A program made the position numbers and the translations under genes. Under the pieces are notes generated by a model. That model did no database searches, was not told the origin of the DNA, and worked only from the letters and a program-made list of their open reading frames with translations. Source: Acidobacteriota bacterium (GTDB lineage: Bacteria > Acidobacteriota > Thermoanaerobaculia > Gp7-AA8). From it: a stretch of DNA of 64,000 bases. Shown here piece by piece: positions 49,767 to 58,805 of the stretch. The stretch is from assembly GCA_019244185.1 (NCBI GenBank), contig JAFATB010000012.1, positions 64,001 through 128,000 of the forward strand. The letters run 5' to 3'. Position 1 is the stretch's first letter. Each line of letters begins with the position of its first letter.

Positions 49767-50434
49767 GCGCGCACGGTAGCAGGTTCCGCGCGGCGATCTT
49801 CGATTTCGACGAGACCATCGTCAACCTCGAGCCGCAGCACACCGCCGCGCACCAGGCGCTCTGTCGCGCGTACGGCGCCGACTACGCGTCGCTGCCGGAC
49901 AGCTTCCGCAACGGCTCCGGACGGCGGATCATCGACGACATCCGCATCATGCGCGCGCATTTCGGCTGGAGCGCGTCGGAGGAAGAACTGTTCGCGCTGC
50001 GGCAGCAGCACTTCGACGCGATCTGCGCGCGCGGCGGGCTGCGCGCGATGGACGGCGTCGTCGAGACCGTGCGCGCGTTGCAGGAGCGCGGGCTGCAGCT
50101 CGCGATCGCATCGTCGGCGGTGCGCGCGTCGATCGAGAAAGTGCTCGTGCAGCTCGGCCTGCGCGACGCGTTTCCGCTCATCGTCGACGGCAGCGAAGTG
50201 ACGCACGGCAAGCCCGATCCGGAGATCTACCGCATCACCGCGACGCGTCTCGGCGTCGAGCCGCACGCGTGCGTCGTCTTCGAAGACTCGCATGTCGGCG
50301 TCGTCGCGGCGAAGCGCGCGGAGATGTACTGCATCGCGGTGCGCAACGCCGCCGCGCTCGAATGGCAGGACCTGTCGATGGCGGACGTGGTCGTCGAGCG
50401 GATGTCGGACGCGCTCAGCGTTCTGCCACGGTGA
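49742..50434 (+). CDS. HAD-family phosphatase (beta-PGM/YqaB-like); start uncertain
   Basis: IFDFDET, IASS, GKPDPEIY, VFEDS..GV.AA. Confidence 0.88.
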   Translation: MRAERPDPRAHGSRFRAAIFDFDETIVNLEPQHTAAHQALCRAYGADYASLPDSFRNGSGRRIIDDIRIMRAHFGWSASEEELFALRQQHFDAICARGGLRAMDGVVETVRALQERGLQLAIASSAVRASIEKVLVQLGLRDAFPLIVDGSEVTHGKPDPEIYRITATRLGVEPHACVVFEDSHVGVVAAKRAEMYCIAVRNAAALEWQDLSMADVVVERMSDALSVLPR

Positions 50435-51056
50435 GGTCGGCGAGGACGCGGATCAGATCGCGCGACTCGGCGTCGGAGCTCTCGTAGGTGCGGCAGAGCG
50501 ACTCGACTTCTTCCTCGTCCTCGTGCTCGGGCACGGTGAAGCCGTCGACCGGCTGCACGCGCGAGGTCGTGCGCGTGCGCGACCAGCGTTCGCCGTTCCA
50601 GCGGTAGGCGAAGTAACCGCGCGAGCGGGTGCGTCGTGCTTCGCCGAGGCGCGCCAGGATGTTCGCGCCGGCAGCGTGCGACTCGCCGGCGGCGTTCGCT
50701 TTCTGCGCGTCGAGGACGCGCGTGATGAACGTCGTCATCAGATCGTGCAGTCGCCGCCCGGACTCGCCGACCGCCTCGACGAAGCGCAGGCCGGAGTGCG
50801 AGACCGGACTCGCGCCGTCGCCGCCGGGCGTTTGCACGACGCTGCTGCGCGTAACTTCACAGAGGAACTCGACGTCTTCACTTTGCCAGCGGAAGGCGAG
50901 CCGGAAGCGTTCGCCGGGCTGGACGGTTCCGTAATGTTCGACGAAGGCGCCGTTCATGCCGATGTCGAGCACGAGCGCATTTTGCGAGCGCATCGTGGCG
51001 AGAATCGGTTTGGAGAGCCTCAGGCGCTGCGCGCCGCGCCGTTCTTCCGGTCGCAT
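50415..51056 (-). CDS. PilZ domain plus unnamed C-terminal domain, paralog 1
   Basis: ERRGAQR (RxxxR), DIGMNG, SGLRF. Confidence 0.8.
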   Translation of the reverse strand: MRPEERRGAQRLRLSKPILATMRSQNALVLDIGMNGAFVEHYGTVQPGERFRLAFRWQSEDVEFLCEVTRSSVVQTPGGDGASPVSHSGLRFVEAVGESGRRLHDLMTTFITRVLDAQKANAAGESHAAGANILARLGEARRTRSRGYFAYRWNGERWSRTRTTSRVQPVDGFTVPEHEDEEEVESLCRTYESSDAESRDLIRVLADLTVAER

Positions 51057-51106
51057 CGCGCGGAATGGTAAGGCCTTTGCTGGCAAACAATGACGATCGA
51101 GGCCAT

Positions 51107-53098
51107 GTGACGCCGAAAGGTCCCATCGATCGACGCAGTCTGTGGCGCGTCGGGCCGGAGAGCACGTGGACGACCGTGGTTCCGGTCGTATTCATCATCG
51201 TGTCGCTGCTCTCGCTGGTCGTGTTGCCGCTCGTCGTCGCGAAGAAGACGGCGCGCATGCGCAATGAGATCAGCCGGCTGGCCGAGCCGGCGCGCGTCCA
51301 CGCGAATCAGATTCAGGTCGACCTCTCGTCCGAGCTCGACAAGATCATCGCGTATCAGGTCACCGGCCAGGAGCAGTTCCGCCGCGAGTATTTCGACGCG
51401 GTCGCGCGCGAGGAAGCGAACCGCCGCGCGCTCGAGCAAGTGCTCCCGGTCCTCGGCGAAGACCTCTCGTCCGATCTGCGGCTGCTGTTCGTGCAGATGA
51501 CGCGCTGGCACGACGCGACCCGGCGGGGCGAGCTGCTCGCGCGCCAGCTGCCGATGGAAGTCTTCCTCGCGCGTCTCTTCGAAAGCCATCCGGCATACGA
51601 GCAGTCGCTGCACGCGGCCTCGGCGCTCGAATTGGGATTGCAGACGGGGATCGAGGACCGGCTGGAGCAGATCCGCGACGCCGAGCAGCTCAACATCTCG
51701 CTGACGATCATCCTCACGCTGCTCGCGCTCACGTCGGCGATGCTCGTGGCGGGGCTCGGCCGGCAGATGCGCCTCCTCGCGCGCGAGGCGATGCGGCGGC
51801 GGCTCGAGGCGGAGCGCGAGACGAACGAGGCGCAGCGCGCGCGCGAGGCGGCCGAGCGCGAGGAACGGCGCGCGGCGTTCCTCGCCGCGGCGGGACAGGA
51901 GTTCGCCGGCTCGCTCGACTACGAGCAGACCATCGGCACCGTCGCGAAACTGATCGTGCCGAACCTCGCGGAGCTCTGCGTCATCGACATCGCCGAAGAG
52001 GAAGGCGGGTTGCGGCGCGTGGCCATCGCGCATCGCAATCCGGAAGAAGAACCGCGCCTTGCGGCCGGCATCGGCTCGGTGCGCGATGAAGTGCCCGAGG
52101 CGCTCGTGCGGATGATGCAGCAGCGCGAGCCGGCGCTCGTCGGCGCGACGTCAGGCCTCTACGAGTACATCACTGGCCAGAGCGACGGTGCGGGGCGCAC
52201 GCTCATCTTTCTGCCGCTGGTGACGCGCGGCCAGTCGATCGGCCTCGCCGCGGCGGTGTCGCGTGAGGGGAAGCCGTTCACGCCGGACGATCTGCCGCTC
52301 TTCGCCGAGCTCGCGCGCCGCGCGTCGCTCTCGATCGACAACGCGCGTCTCTATCTCGAGTCGCAGCAGGCCGTGCGCGCGCGCGAGGAAGTGCTGGCCA
52401 TCGTCTCGCACGACCTGCGCAATCCGCTCAACGCGATCATGCTCGGCGCGTCGCTGCTGCAGACTTCCGAGAACCTCGGCGACGAGGACCGCGAGCAGCT
52501 CGACGCCATCGTCGTCTCCGCCCGCCGCATGCGCCGCCTCATCGCGGACCTGCTCGACGTCACGCGCCTCGAAGGCGGCAAGCGCCTGCCGATCGAGCCT
52601 GCGCCGGTGCCGATCGCGGACGTCTTTCGCGAGGCGCAGGAGCTCTTCCGCGCGCAGGCGTCGGTGGCCACGGTGGCGATCGACTACGAGGCGCCCGATG
52701 CCGTCGTGCACGCGGACCGCGATCGGATCATGCAGGTGCTGTCGAACCTCATCGGCAACGCGCTCAAGTTCACGCCGCCGGGCGGCCGCATCTCCGTCTG
52801 CGCATCGCACCGCGACGGCGAGGTGCTGGTCTCGGTGCGCGACACCGGCCCCGGCATCCCGCACGAACACCTCGGCCACATCTTCAGTCCCTACTGGCAG
52901 GCGAAGCGCGCCGAGCGCCTCGGCGCGGGACTCGGCCTGCCGATCGCGCGCGGCATCGTCGAGGCGCACGGCGGACGCATCTGGGCCGAGAGCGAGCCGG
53001 GCTCGGGTACGACGTTTTTCTTCACGCTGCCGCTCGCCAATGCAGACGCCGGCGCGCTCACGTCCGCGGCGGAATCTGCAGCACCTGGCTCACGCTGA
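51107..53098 (+). CDS. Sensor histidine kinase: TM, periplasmic helical domain, TM, GAF, HisKA, HATPase
   Basis: SLDYEQTI..VA.L.VP (GAF), DNARLY, SHDLRNPL, NALKFT, DTGPGI, GLGLPI. Confidence 0.92.
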   Translation: MTPKGPIDRRSLWRVGPESTWTTVVPVVFIIVSLLSLVVLPLVVAKKTARMRNEISRLAEPARVHANQIQVDLSSELDKIIAYQVTGQEQFRREYFDAVAREEANRRALEQVLPVLGEDLSSDLRLLFVQMTRWHDATRRGELLARQLPMEVFLARLFESHPAYEQSLHAASALELGLQTGIEDRLEQIRDAEQLNISLTIILTLLALTSAMLVAGLGRQMRLLAREAMRRRLEAERETNEAQRAREAAEREERRAAFLAAAGQEFAGSLDYEQTIGTVAKLIVPNLAELCVIDIAEEEGGLRRVAIAHRNPEEEPRLAAGIGSVRDEVPEALVRMMQQREPALVGATSGLYEYITGQSDGAGRTLIFLPLVTRGQSIGLAAAVSREGKPFTPDDLPLFAELARRASLSIDNARLYLESQQAVRAREEVLAIVSHDLRNPLNAIMLGASLLQTSENLGDEDREQLDAIVVSARRMRRLIADLLDVTRLEGGKRLPIEPAPVPIADVFREAQELFRAQASVATVAIDYEAPDAVVHADRDRIMQVLSNLIGNALKFTPPGGRISVCASHRDGEVLVSVRDTGPGIPHEHLGHIFSPYWQAKRAERLGAGLGLPIARGIVEAHGGRIWAESEPGSGTTFFFTLPLANADAGALTSAAESAAPGSR

Positions 53099-53708
53099 GC
53101 TCCGCGAAGAGGCGGATGAGGCGGCGCCCTTCGTCGTCGGAGGCCTCGTAGACTTCGCAGAGCCGCCGCAGCTCGTCCGTGTCTTCGCCGCGCGCGACGG
53201 TGAAGCCAACGACCGGTTGTTCCGGGAGAAAAATCGGGCGCCGGTGCCACGCGCCGTTCTCGAGCCGGTACGAGAGGAACTGCGCGTCGGCGCCGCGCAC
53301 GGTCTTGTCGCCGTCGATCTGGCGGATGTGCAGGCGCGTCGCGCTCGCGTCGTGACGCTCTTCCAGCGCGCGCATCACGATCTCGGCGAGCATCGCGCGC
53401 AGACGATCGCCCGACTGTCCGAGCGCGGCGAGGAAGCGGATGCCGGACTCGCAGCCCTGCCCGGGATACTTCGCGCGATCGGGGCCGACGGTGCGCACGA
53501 TCTCGCAGCGCATGGTGATGTCGCCGCCGCCCCAGTGGAAGCGGAGCTCCGCGCGCGGCAGCTCGAGCGACGGCGGATGGTGCATGCGCGCGCCGAGGAC
53601 GCCGACCTCGAGGAGGTGGACCTCGCGATCGCCGAAGGTGGCCGCGAGCGGTGGATCGAGCCGGAGGCGCTGAAACTCGCGGCGTTCCTCACCAGTCGTC
53701 TGGTGCAT
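53058..53708 (-). CDS. PilZ domain plus unnamed C-terminal domain, paralog 2
   Basis: ERREFQR, EVGVLG (degenerate), SGIRF; C-terminus aligns with paralog 1. Confidence 0.8.
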   Translation of the reverse strand: MHQTTGEERREFQRLRLDPPLAATFGDREVHLLEVGVLGARMHHPPSLELPRAELRFHWGGGDITMRCEIVRTVGPDRAKYPGQGCESGIRFLAALGQSGDRLRAMLAEIVMRALEERHDASATRLHIRQIDGDKTVRGADAQFLSYRLENGAWHRRPIFLPEQPVVGFTVARGEDTDELRRLCEVYEASDDEGRRLIRLFAELSVSQVLQIPPRT

Positions 53709-53719
53709 GCGGAACGATT

Positions 53720-54496
53720 TTAATGCAGAGCGCGAAGTCGCAACGAGGCCATGTAGGTGTTCTGGACGCGCTCGCGATAGCGGTGCTCGCGCACGTTGAC
53801 GCGCGCGATGTAGTCGCGCGTCTCGGGGAACGGCGGGATGCCGCCGAAGCGCTCGACGTTCCCTTCGCCGGCGTTGTACGCGGCGAGGGCGACGTTCTCG
53901 TTCTCGAAACGGTTGAGGAGGTAGCGGAAGTACTTCGTTCCGGCGGCGATGTTCTGTTCGGGATCGAACGGATTGGCGATGCCGAGGAGACGCGCGGTCT
54001 CGGGGACGATCTGCATGAGCCCCTGCGCACTGCGGTTCGACACGAGCCGCGGACGGAAGTCGGATTCGGTGTGCACCATCGCCGCGACGAGCTCGGGGCG
54101 CAGATCGTTGCGGCGCGCCTCGCGGTAGATGATGTCGCCGTACGGCACCGACGTGCGGAAGTACTGTTCCTTCACGACGTCGAGCGACATGACCGTCGCC
54201 GCGGTGCCGGGCGTGAGGAACTGGTTCTTCATCGCCGGCGTGGTGAAGATCGGCAGCGTGCGCGCGGGCGCGACTTCGCGGCGGAGCGCCGTGAAGTTGA
54301 GGTTCATCGCCTTCATGGTCGGCAGATCCGCGATCGCGAACGCGATCGGAATCCCGACGAGCACCGCCACGCCGCGAGACGTCACGCGCCACGCGCGACG
54401 CCACAGCGAACGCGAACGCGCGTGCCGCTGGCAGTCGCAGACGATGCGGTAATCCCGCCCCGGCCGCCAGTTCGTTGCCTGTTCACGCGATGACAT
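53720..54496 (-). CDS. Lytic transglycosylase (SLT domain); start uncertain
   Basis: ES catalytic motif (HTESDF), AQGLMQI, ALAAYNAG, ETRDY. Confidence 0.9.
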   Translation of the reverse strand: MSSREQATNWRPGRDYRIVCDCQRHARSRSLWRRAWRVTSRGVAVLVGIPIAFAIADLPTMKAMNLNFTALRREVAPARTLPIFTTPAMKNQFLTPGTAATVMSLDVVKEQYFRTSVPYGDIIYREARRNDLRPELVAAMVHTESDFRPRLVSNRSAQGLMQIVPETARLLGIANPFDPEQNIAAGTKYFRYLLNRFENENVALAAYNAGEGNVERFGGIPPFPETRDYIARVNVREHRYRERVQNTYMASLRLRALH

Positions 54497-54511
54497 CGGT
54501 GGAGCGCAGGG

Positions 54512-54526
54512 GCAAAAGAGAGGCCA
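54512..54526 (-). promoter_or_regulatory. Putative sigma-54 promoter TGGC-N7-TTGC
   Basis: TGGCCTCTCTTTTGC on the minus strand, upstream of the SLT gene. Confidence 0.55.
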
Positions 54527-54539
54527 AGAGATGAAAAGC

Positions 54540-54647
54540 GAATGAAGAACGCAGAACGCAGAACGTAGAATGAAGAACTTAGCCCGCGCCAGCCTCGTCG
54601 GGGGCGGGCTTCTCAATTCTTCATTCTGCGTTCTGCGTTCTGCATTC
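54540..54647. repeat. About 108-bp intergenic hairpin built from heptamer tandem repeats (GAAYGMA / TKCRTTC)
   Basis: GAATGAA GAACGCA GAACGCA GAACGTA GAATGAA; inner stem AGCCCGC/GCGGGCT; TTC TTCATTC TGCGTTC TGCGTTC TGCATTC. Confidence 0.88.
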
Positions 54648-54661
54648 CGGCCCGTGCGCGC

Positions 54662-55564
54662 CTACTGCGTTCCGCTCGTATCCGTCGCCGTCACCGTCTC
54701 GGTCGCCGTCGTTTCTGTCGTAGCCGTCGTCGCGCTGCTGTCCGTCGTCTCCGTGCTTTCCGCCGGCCCCATGTCCGTGTCCGTCACCACCGCGCTCGTC
54801 GCCGTCTCCACCGCGGCGGTCTCGGTCGCGGACGTATCCGTCGCCGGCACCGGCTTCTTCTCCGCCAGCACCTGCCGCTCGAAGACGTAGCCCCAGCGGC
54901 GCATGCGCGAGAGGATCATGCTCTGGCGCCACCGCAGTCGTTTGTTCGGATGTCCGGGCACCATGATGCGCGGGTTCGGCAGACATCCGGCCAGCAGCGC
55001 GGCCTCGCGCGCGGAGAGACTCGCGGCACTTTTATGGAAATAGTAGTGAGACGCGGCTTCGGCGCCGTAGACGCGCTCGCCCATCTCAACGACGTTCAAA
55101 TAGATCTCGAGGATCCTCTTTTTCGTCAGATGTTTTTCCAGCGCCTCGGCGAGGAAATACTCCCTGATCTTGCGCAGCGGATTGCGCGACGGCGAGAGGT
55201 AGAGGTTCTTCGCGAGCTGCTGCGTGATCGTCGAGCCGCCGTGCGTGAGCTTGCGGTTCTTCCAGTTGCGCTCGAAGGCCTCGCGCATCGCGTCGACGTC
55301 GACGCCGCCGTGCTCGTAGAACGAGTCGTCTTCGGCGACGAGCACCGCGCGGCGCAGCGACGGCGAGATGCGGCCGTACGGCACCCACGTCCATTCGATG
55401 CGATCGTCCTTGCCCGCGTCGCGCAGCTCGGCCTTGCGGCGTTCGATGAACGCGGTCGTCTTCGGCGGCTCCTTCGCCAGCGCGGCGACGTCGGGAAACG
55501 TCAGCCATTCGTACGCGGCGTACGCGATGACGAGCAGCAGAAGCGTGACGAACAGGCGCTTCAA
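54662..55564 (-). CDS. mtgA: Monofunctional peptidoglycan transglycosylase with Thr-rich tail
   Basis: AEDDSFYEHGGVD, GGSTITQQLAKNLYL, RKIRE, KKRILEIYLN. Confidence 0.92.
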   Translation of the reverse strand: MKRLFVTLLLLVIAYAAYEWLTFPDVAALAKEPPKTTAFIERRKAELRDAGKDDRIEWTWVPYGRISPSLRRAVLVAEDDSFYEHGGVDVDAMREAFERNWKNRKLTHGGSTITQQLAKNLYLSPSRNPLRKIREYFLAEALEKHLTKKRILEIYLNVVEMGERVYGAEAASHYYFHKSAASLSAREAALLAGCLPNPRIMVPGHPNKRLRWRQSMILSRMRRWGYVFERQVLAEKKPVPATDTSATETAAVETATSAVVTDTDMGPAESTETTDSSATTATTETTATETVTATDTSGTQ

Positions 55565-55584
55565 TCGGCGCTAGACTAACACCC

Positions 55585-56166
55585 ATGAAACGCCTGCCTG
55601 TCCTCGTTTGCGTGCTGCTCGCGGCGGCGTCCGCGTTCGCGTTCGACACGACGCGCGCCGTGAACGCCGGACCGCGCATCGGCATCCTCCGCCCGCCGGT
55701 CGATCCCGATCCGCGCGTGCAGGCGGCGGTCGAACGCGCGCTCGCGTCCGAGCTGCGCGCGCGCGGCTACGACGCGATCGAGACGGGACAGTCGTTCGAC
55801 GACGTCTCGCGCGACGACCGCAACGATGTCGACTACTACGTCGAGCTCGTGGGCGACAGCAGCGCCGACGGCTTCGGCGGCATCGACGTCGGCAGCCGCG
55901 CGGTCGACGTGTCGCTCGAGCTCGTGGTGTCGCGCGTGGCCGCGGAGCTGCGCGTGTACGACGCGCGCAATCTCGAGGTCGTGACCTCGCAGCGACTGGC
56001 GAAGAAGAACACCGCGCTGATGCCGACGGGCGTCGGCGTCGGCGGACGTTCTCTCTTCGCCTACATCGCCCTCGGATTCGTGCAGCGCGCGCAACTGCGC
56101 AACGTGACGACCGCCACCGCGCGCGAGGCCGCGACGCGCGTCGCCGCCGCGATCGGCGCGCCGTGA
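55585..56166 (+). CDS. Secreted hypothetical protein (CsgG/DUF4136-like alpha/beta fold possible)
   Basis: Signal peptide ending ASAFA; ELRARGY, ELRVYDA. Confidence 0.65.
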   Translation: MKRLPVLVCVLLAAASAFAFDTTRAVNAGPRIGILRPPVDPDPRVQAAVERALASELRARGYDAIETGQSFDDVSRDDRNDVDYYVELVGDSSADGFGGIDVGSRAVDVSLELVVSRVAAELRVYDARNLEVVTSQRLAKKNTALMPTGVGVGGRSLFAYIALGFVQRAQLRNVTTATAREAATRVAAAIGAP

Positions 56167-56489
56167 ACGACGAAGCGCACGCGCTGCTCGTTCTGACGAC
56201 GGTCGGCGCCGGTTTCGACTCCGCGGCGCTCGCACGCGCGCTCGTCGAGCAGCGTCTCGCCGCGTGCGTCAACATCATCGATCGCGTGCTGTCGGTCTAT
56301 CGCTGGGAAGGACGCGTGGTCGACGACACCGAAGTGCTGCTCGTGATCAAGACCACCGACGCGCGCGTCGATGCGTTGCGCGAGGAGCTGTTTCACCGCC
56401 ATCCGTACGACGTGCCGGAGTTCGTCGTCGTCGAGCCGGCGTCACTCTCCGACGCGTACGGCGCGTGGCTGCGCGAGTCGGTTTCGTAG
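56163..56489 (+). CDS. cutA: Divalent-cation tolerance protein
   Basis: LVEQRLAACVN, SVYRWEG, IKT, HPYDVPE, Y.AWL. Confidence 0.92.
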   Translation: MNDEAHALLVLTTVGAGFDSAALARALVEQRLAACVNIIDRVLSVYRWEGRVVDDTEVLLVIKTTDARVDALREELFHRHPYDVPEFVVVEPASLSDAYGAWLRESVS

Positions 56490-58805
56490 CGCGAGGAACG
56501 CGATCGCCGCGAGCAGCGTCGCGATCGACAGGTTCCTCCCGCGCGTGAACGCCTCGGGCCGAAAGAGCAGCCGTACGTCGTGCTGCCCGGCGGGCACGAA
56601 GATGCCGAGGAAGGCATGGTTGGCGTACTGCATCTCGACGCGGTGGCCGTCGACGTACGCGCGCCAGCCGGGCCACGCGCTCTCGGAGACGACGACCCAG
56701 CCGTCGCGCTCCATCGTCGCGTGGATGCGAAACGACGTGCCGTCGCGCTGCAACGTCAGCGTGCCGGGGCCGTTCGCGATCTCGTGCGGCGGATAGTTGC
56801 GCGCGGTGATCCATGCGACGTCCGCGAAGTCGCGATTCTCGAACATGCCGCGCAGCACGTCGGTGGCGCTGCGCTCGTAGCGCACGCGCCGCGGGATGAA
56901 CGCGCGCGGCAGCACGCGCGTGTTCTCGAAGAGGCGCGAGTCGCGGTCTTCGAACGCGATCCGCCAGCCGTCGGGCGGCGCGGTGTCGCGCCCGCCGAGG
57001 ACGTAGCGGACGTTGAGAAACGAGAGGAACGGCTTCGAGAGGTCTTCGATCGTGTTGAACGAGATGGGCTGCGCGAAGCTCCACAGCGGAAAGGTCTCGG
57101 TGAGGCGGTGGAAGGTCATCGCCTCGTAGCCGCGCGCGTCTTCGAGTCCGTAGAGCGCGGCGGTGTCGGGGACCAGCGAGAAATAAAGTCCGGCGATGCG
57201 GAAGGGCTGCGAGCGGTCTTGCGGGATGTGCCGCAGGATGGGGACGCGCGGATAAAACGCGTTCGCCGGCAGCGCCGGATACATGAGGCCGTCCGCGATC
57301 GTGCGCTGCAGCAGGACGAGCCCGAGGACGAGCGGAACGGCGATGCGCTTCGGCACGCGGAAGAAGAGGAGGAGCGCCGCGGCCGCGAGCGGAATGAGCT
57401 CGACGTTGCGCAGAAAAACGATGAGCTCGCGCGGCACGCCGGCGCGGATCAGCGGCATGCGCACGACGTTTGCCGCGTACGCGAGCACGCCTCCGAGAAA
57501 GAGGACGACGAAGGCGGCGGCGAACGCGGGCGGCTTCGTCGACGGCCACGCATCCGCCGCGATCGCGGCGAGCATCGACAGCGCGAATGCCGCTGCAATC
57601 GCGAGCCGCTCGTTCACGGTGATGTCGAAGAGCGGCAGCGCGTGCAGGAGATCGGCGACCGGCCACGCGTTCAATGCCGCGAACGCGCAGACGACGGCCA
57701 GTCCGAAGAAGAACGCGGTCTCGCGGCGCCGCGACGCGACGACCAGCGCGACGAGCGCGAAGGCGAGCACGATGCTGCCGGCGCGCACGTTCGTCGGATC
57801 CCACAGCGGCGTGAAGCTGTGGCGCTCCGGCTGTCCGCCGTAGAACGCGAACGCGGAGCTCGCGGCGCGTTTGCCGATCTGCTCCCACGTGGTCTCGAAG
57901 TGGCCGGTCGCGTAGAGATTGCGCCGCATGTCGTACTCGTTCGTCTGCGGCGCGGCGGCGAAGAACGGCAGGAGCGACACGGCGGTGAGGCCGAGCGCGA
58001 CGGCGCCGCTCGCCGCCGCGAGCGCGACCGGCTGCCAGCGGCGCACCGCCGCGAGCTCGAAGAGGCCGTAGACCGCGCCGCACGCGACGATGTGCAGCAC
58101 CGACTCCGGATGCCCGGCGAAGACGAGCAGCGTGAACGCGAGCGTGAGCAGGATCGCCGCGCGGAGGTTCGTCTCGCGCACGACGAGGCGCACGCCGAGC
58201 AGCACGAACGGCAGAAACGCCCACGCGTGTGCGAGCGGCCAGCCGATGAAGAACGCGAGCATCGCGGAGAACGCGTAGCCCGCGGCGGCGATCAGCGCGG
58301 GCACTTCGCCGAGCCCGATCGCGCGCGCGAAGGCGAAGGTGAAGAACGCCGCGAGGAAGAACGTCATCGCGGCGAAGAAGGTGAGCGCCTGCGCGTGCGG
58401 CAGCAGCATGCCGGCGAGCTGCACGAGATCGTACGGCGCGGCCTGCATGTTCGCGGCGAGGATGCTGCCGCAGAGCAGATACGGGTTCCACAGCGGCCAC
58501 TCGCCGCGCGCGAACGACTGCCGCACGGCGCTCTGCCACGGGATGATCTGCGAGTAGAGATCGGAGAGCGTGCCGTTGTGCACCGGCTGGATGCCGTAGT
58601 CGGCCGCGTACTCCTTGAGCGGCTCGGACATGTACGGCAGATCGATCGGCGCGTAGACGCGCGCGGTGAGGAGCGCGCGTCCGGTGAAGCAGAGCGGGAG
58701 GAGCAGCAGCGCGAGCGCCGCCGCGCGGCTGATGCGCTGGACGAAGCGGTCCCACGCGAACAGCAGCGCGAGCGCGACGATCAGGTAGAGAACCGCGGCC
58801 GGCAA
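56442..58805 (-). CDS. YfhO-like GT-C membrane glycosyltransferase, paralog 1; start uncertain
   Basis: SDLYSQIIPW, GEWPLWNP, AGHPES, EDARGYEAM, ESAWPGWRAYVDG, ANHAFLG..VPAG.H. Confidence 0.85.
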   Translation of the reverse strand: MPAAVLYLIVALALLFAWDRFVQRISRAAALALLLLPLCFTGRALLTARVYAPIDLPYMSEPLKEYAADYGIQPVHNGTLSDLYSQIIPWQSAVRQSFARGEWPLWNPYLLCGSILAANMQAAPYDLVQLAGMLLPHAQALTFFAAMTFFLAAFFTFAFARAIGLGEVPALIAAAGYAFSAMLAFFIGWPLAHAWAFLPFVLLGVRLVVRETNLRAAILLTLAFTLLVFAGHPESVLHIVACGAVYGLFELAAVRRWQPVALAAASGAVALGLTAVSLLPFFAAAPQTNEYDMRRNLYATGHFETTWEQIGKRAASSAFAFYGGQPERHSFTPLWDPTNVRAGSIVLAFALVALVVASRRRETAFFFGLAVVCAFAALNAWPVADLLHALPLFDITVNERLAIAAAFALSMLAAIAADAWPSTKPPAFAAAFVVLFLGGVLAYAANVVRMPLIRAGVPRELIVFLRNVELIPLAAAALLLFFRVPKRIAVPLVLGLVLLQRTIADGLMYPALPANAFYPRVPILRHIPQDRSQPFRIAGLYFSLVPDTAALYGLEDARGYEAMTFHRLTETFPLWSFAQPISFNTIEDLSKPFLSFLNVRYVLGGRDTAPPDGWRIAFEDRDSRLFENTRVLPRAFIPRRVRYERSATDVLRGMFENRDFADVAWITARNYPPHEIANGPGTLTLQRDGTSFRIHATMERDGWVVVSESAWPGWRAYVDGHRVEMQYANHAFLGIFVPAGQHDVRLLFRPEAFTRGRNLSIATLLAAIAFLALRNRLAQPRAVRVGE

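Noticed and set aside
53058-54404. 448-aa fusion ORF extending PilZ paralog 2 upstream
   Set aside because: The extension is an alternative frame of the SLT gene; alignment with paralog 1 supports a start at 53708.
54540-54647. Possible CRISPR array at the heptamer repeats (also 25958-26033)
   Set aside because: 7-nt units with no unique spacers, inverted arms, and no cas genes.
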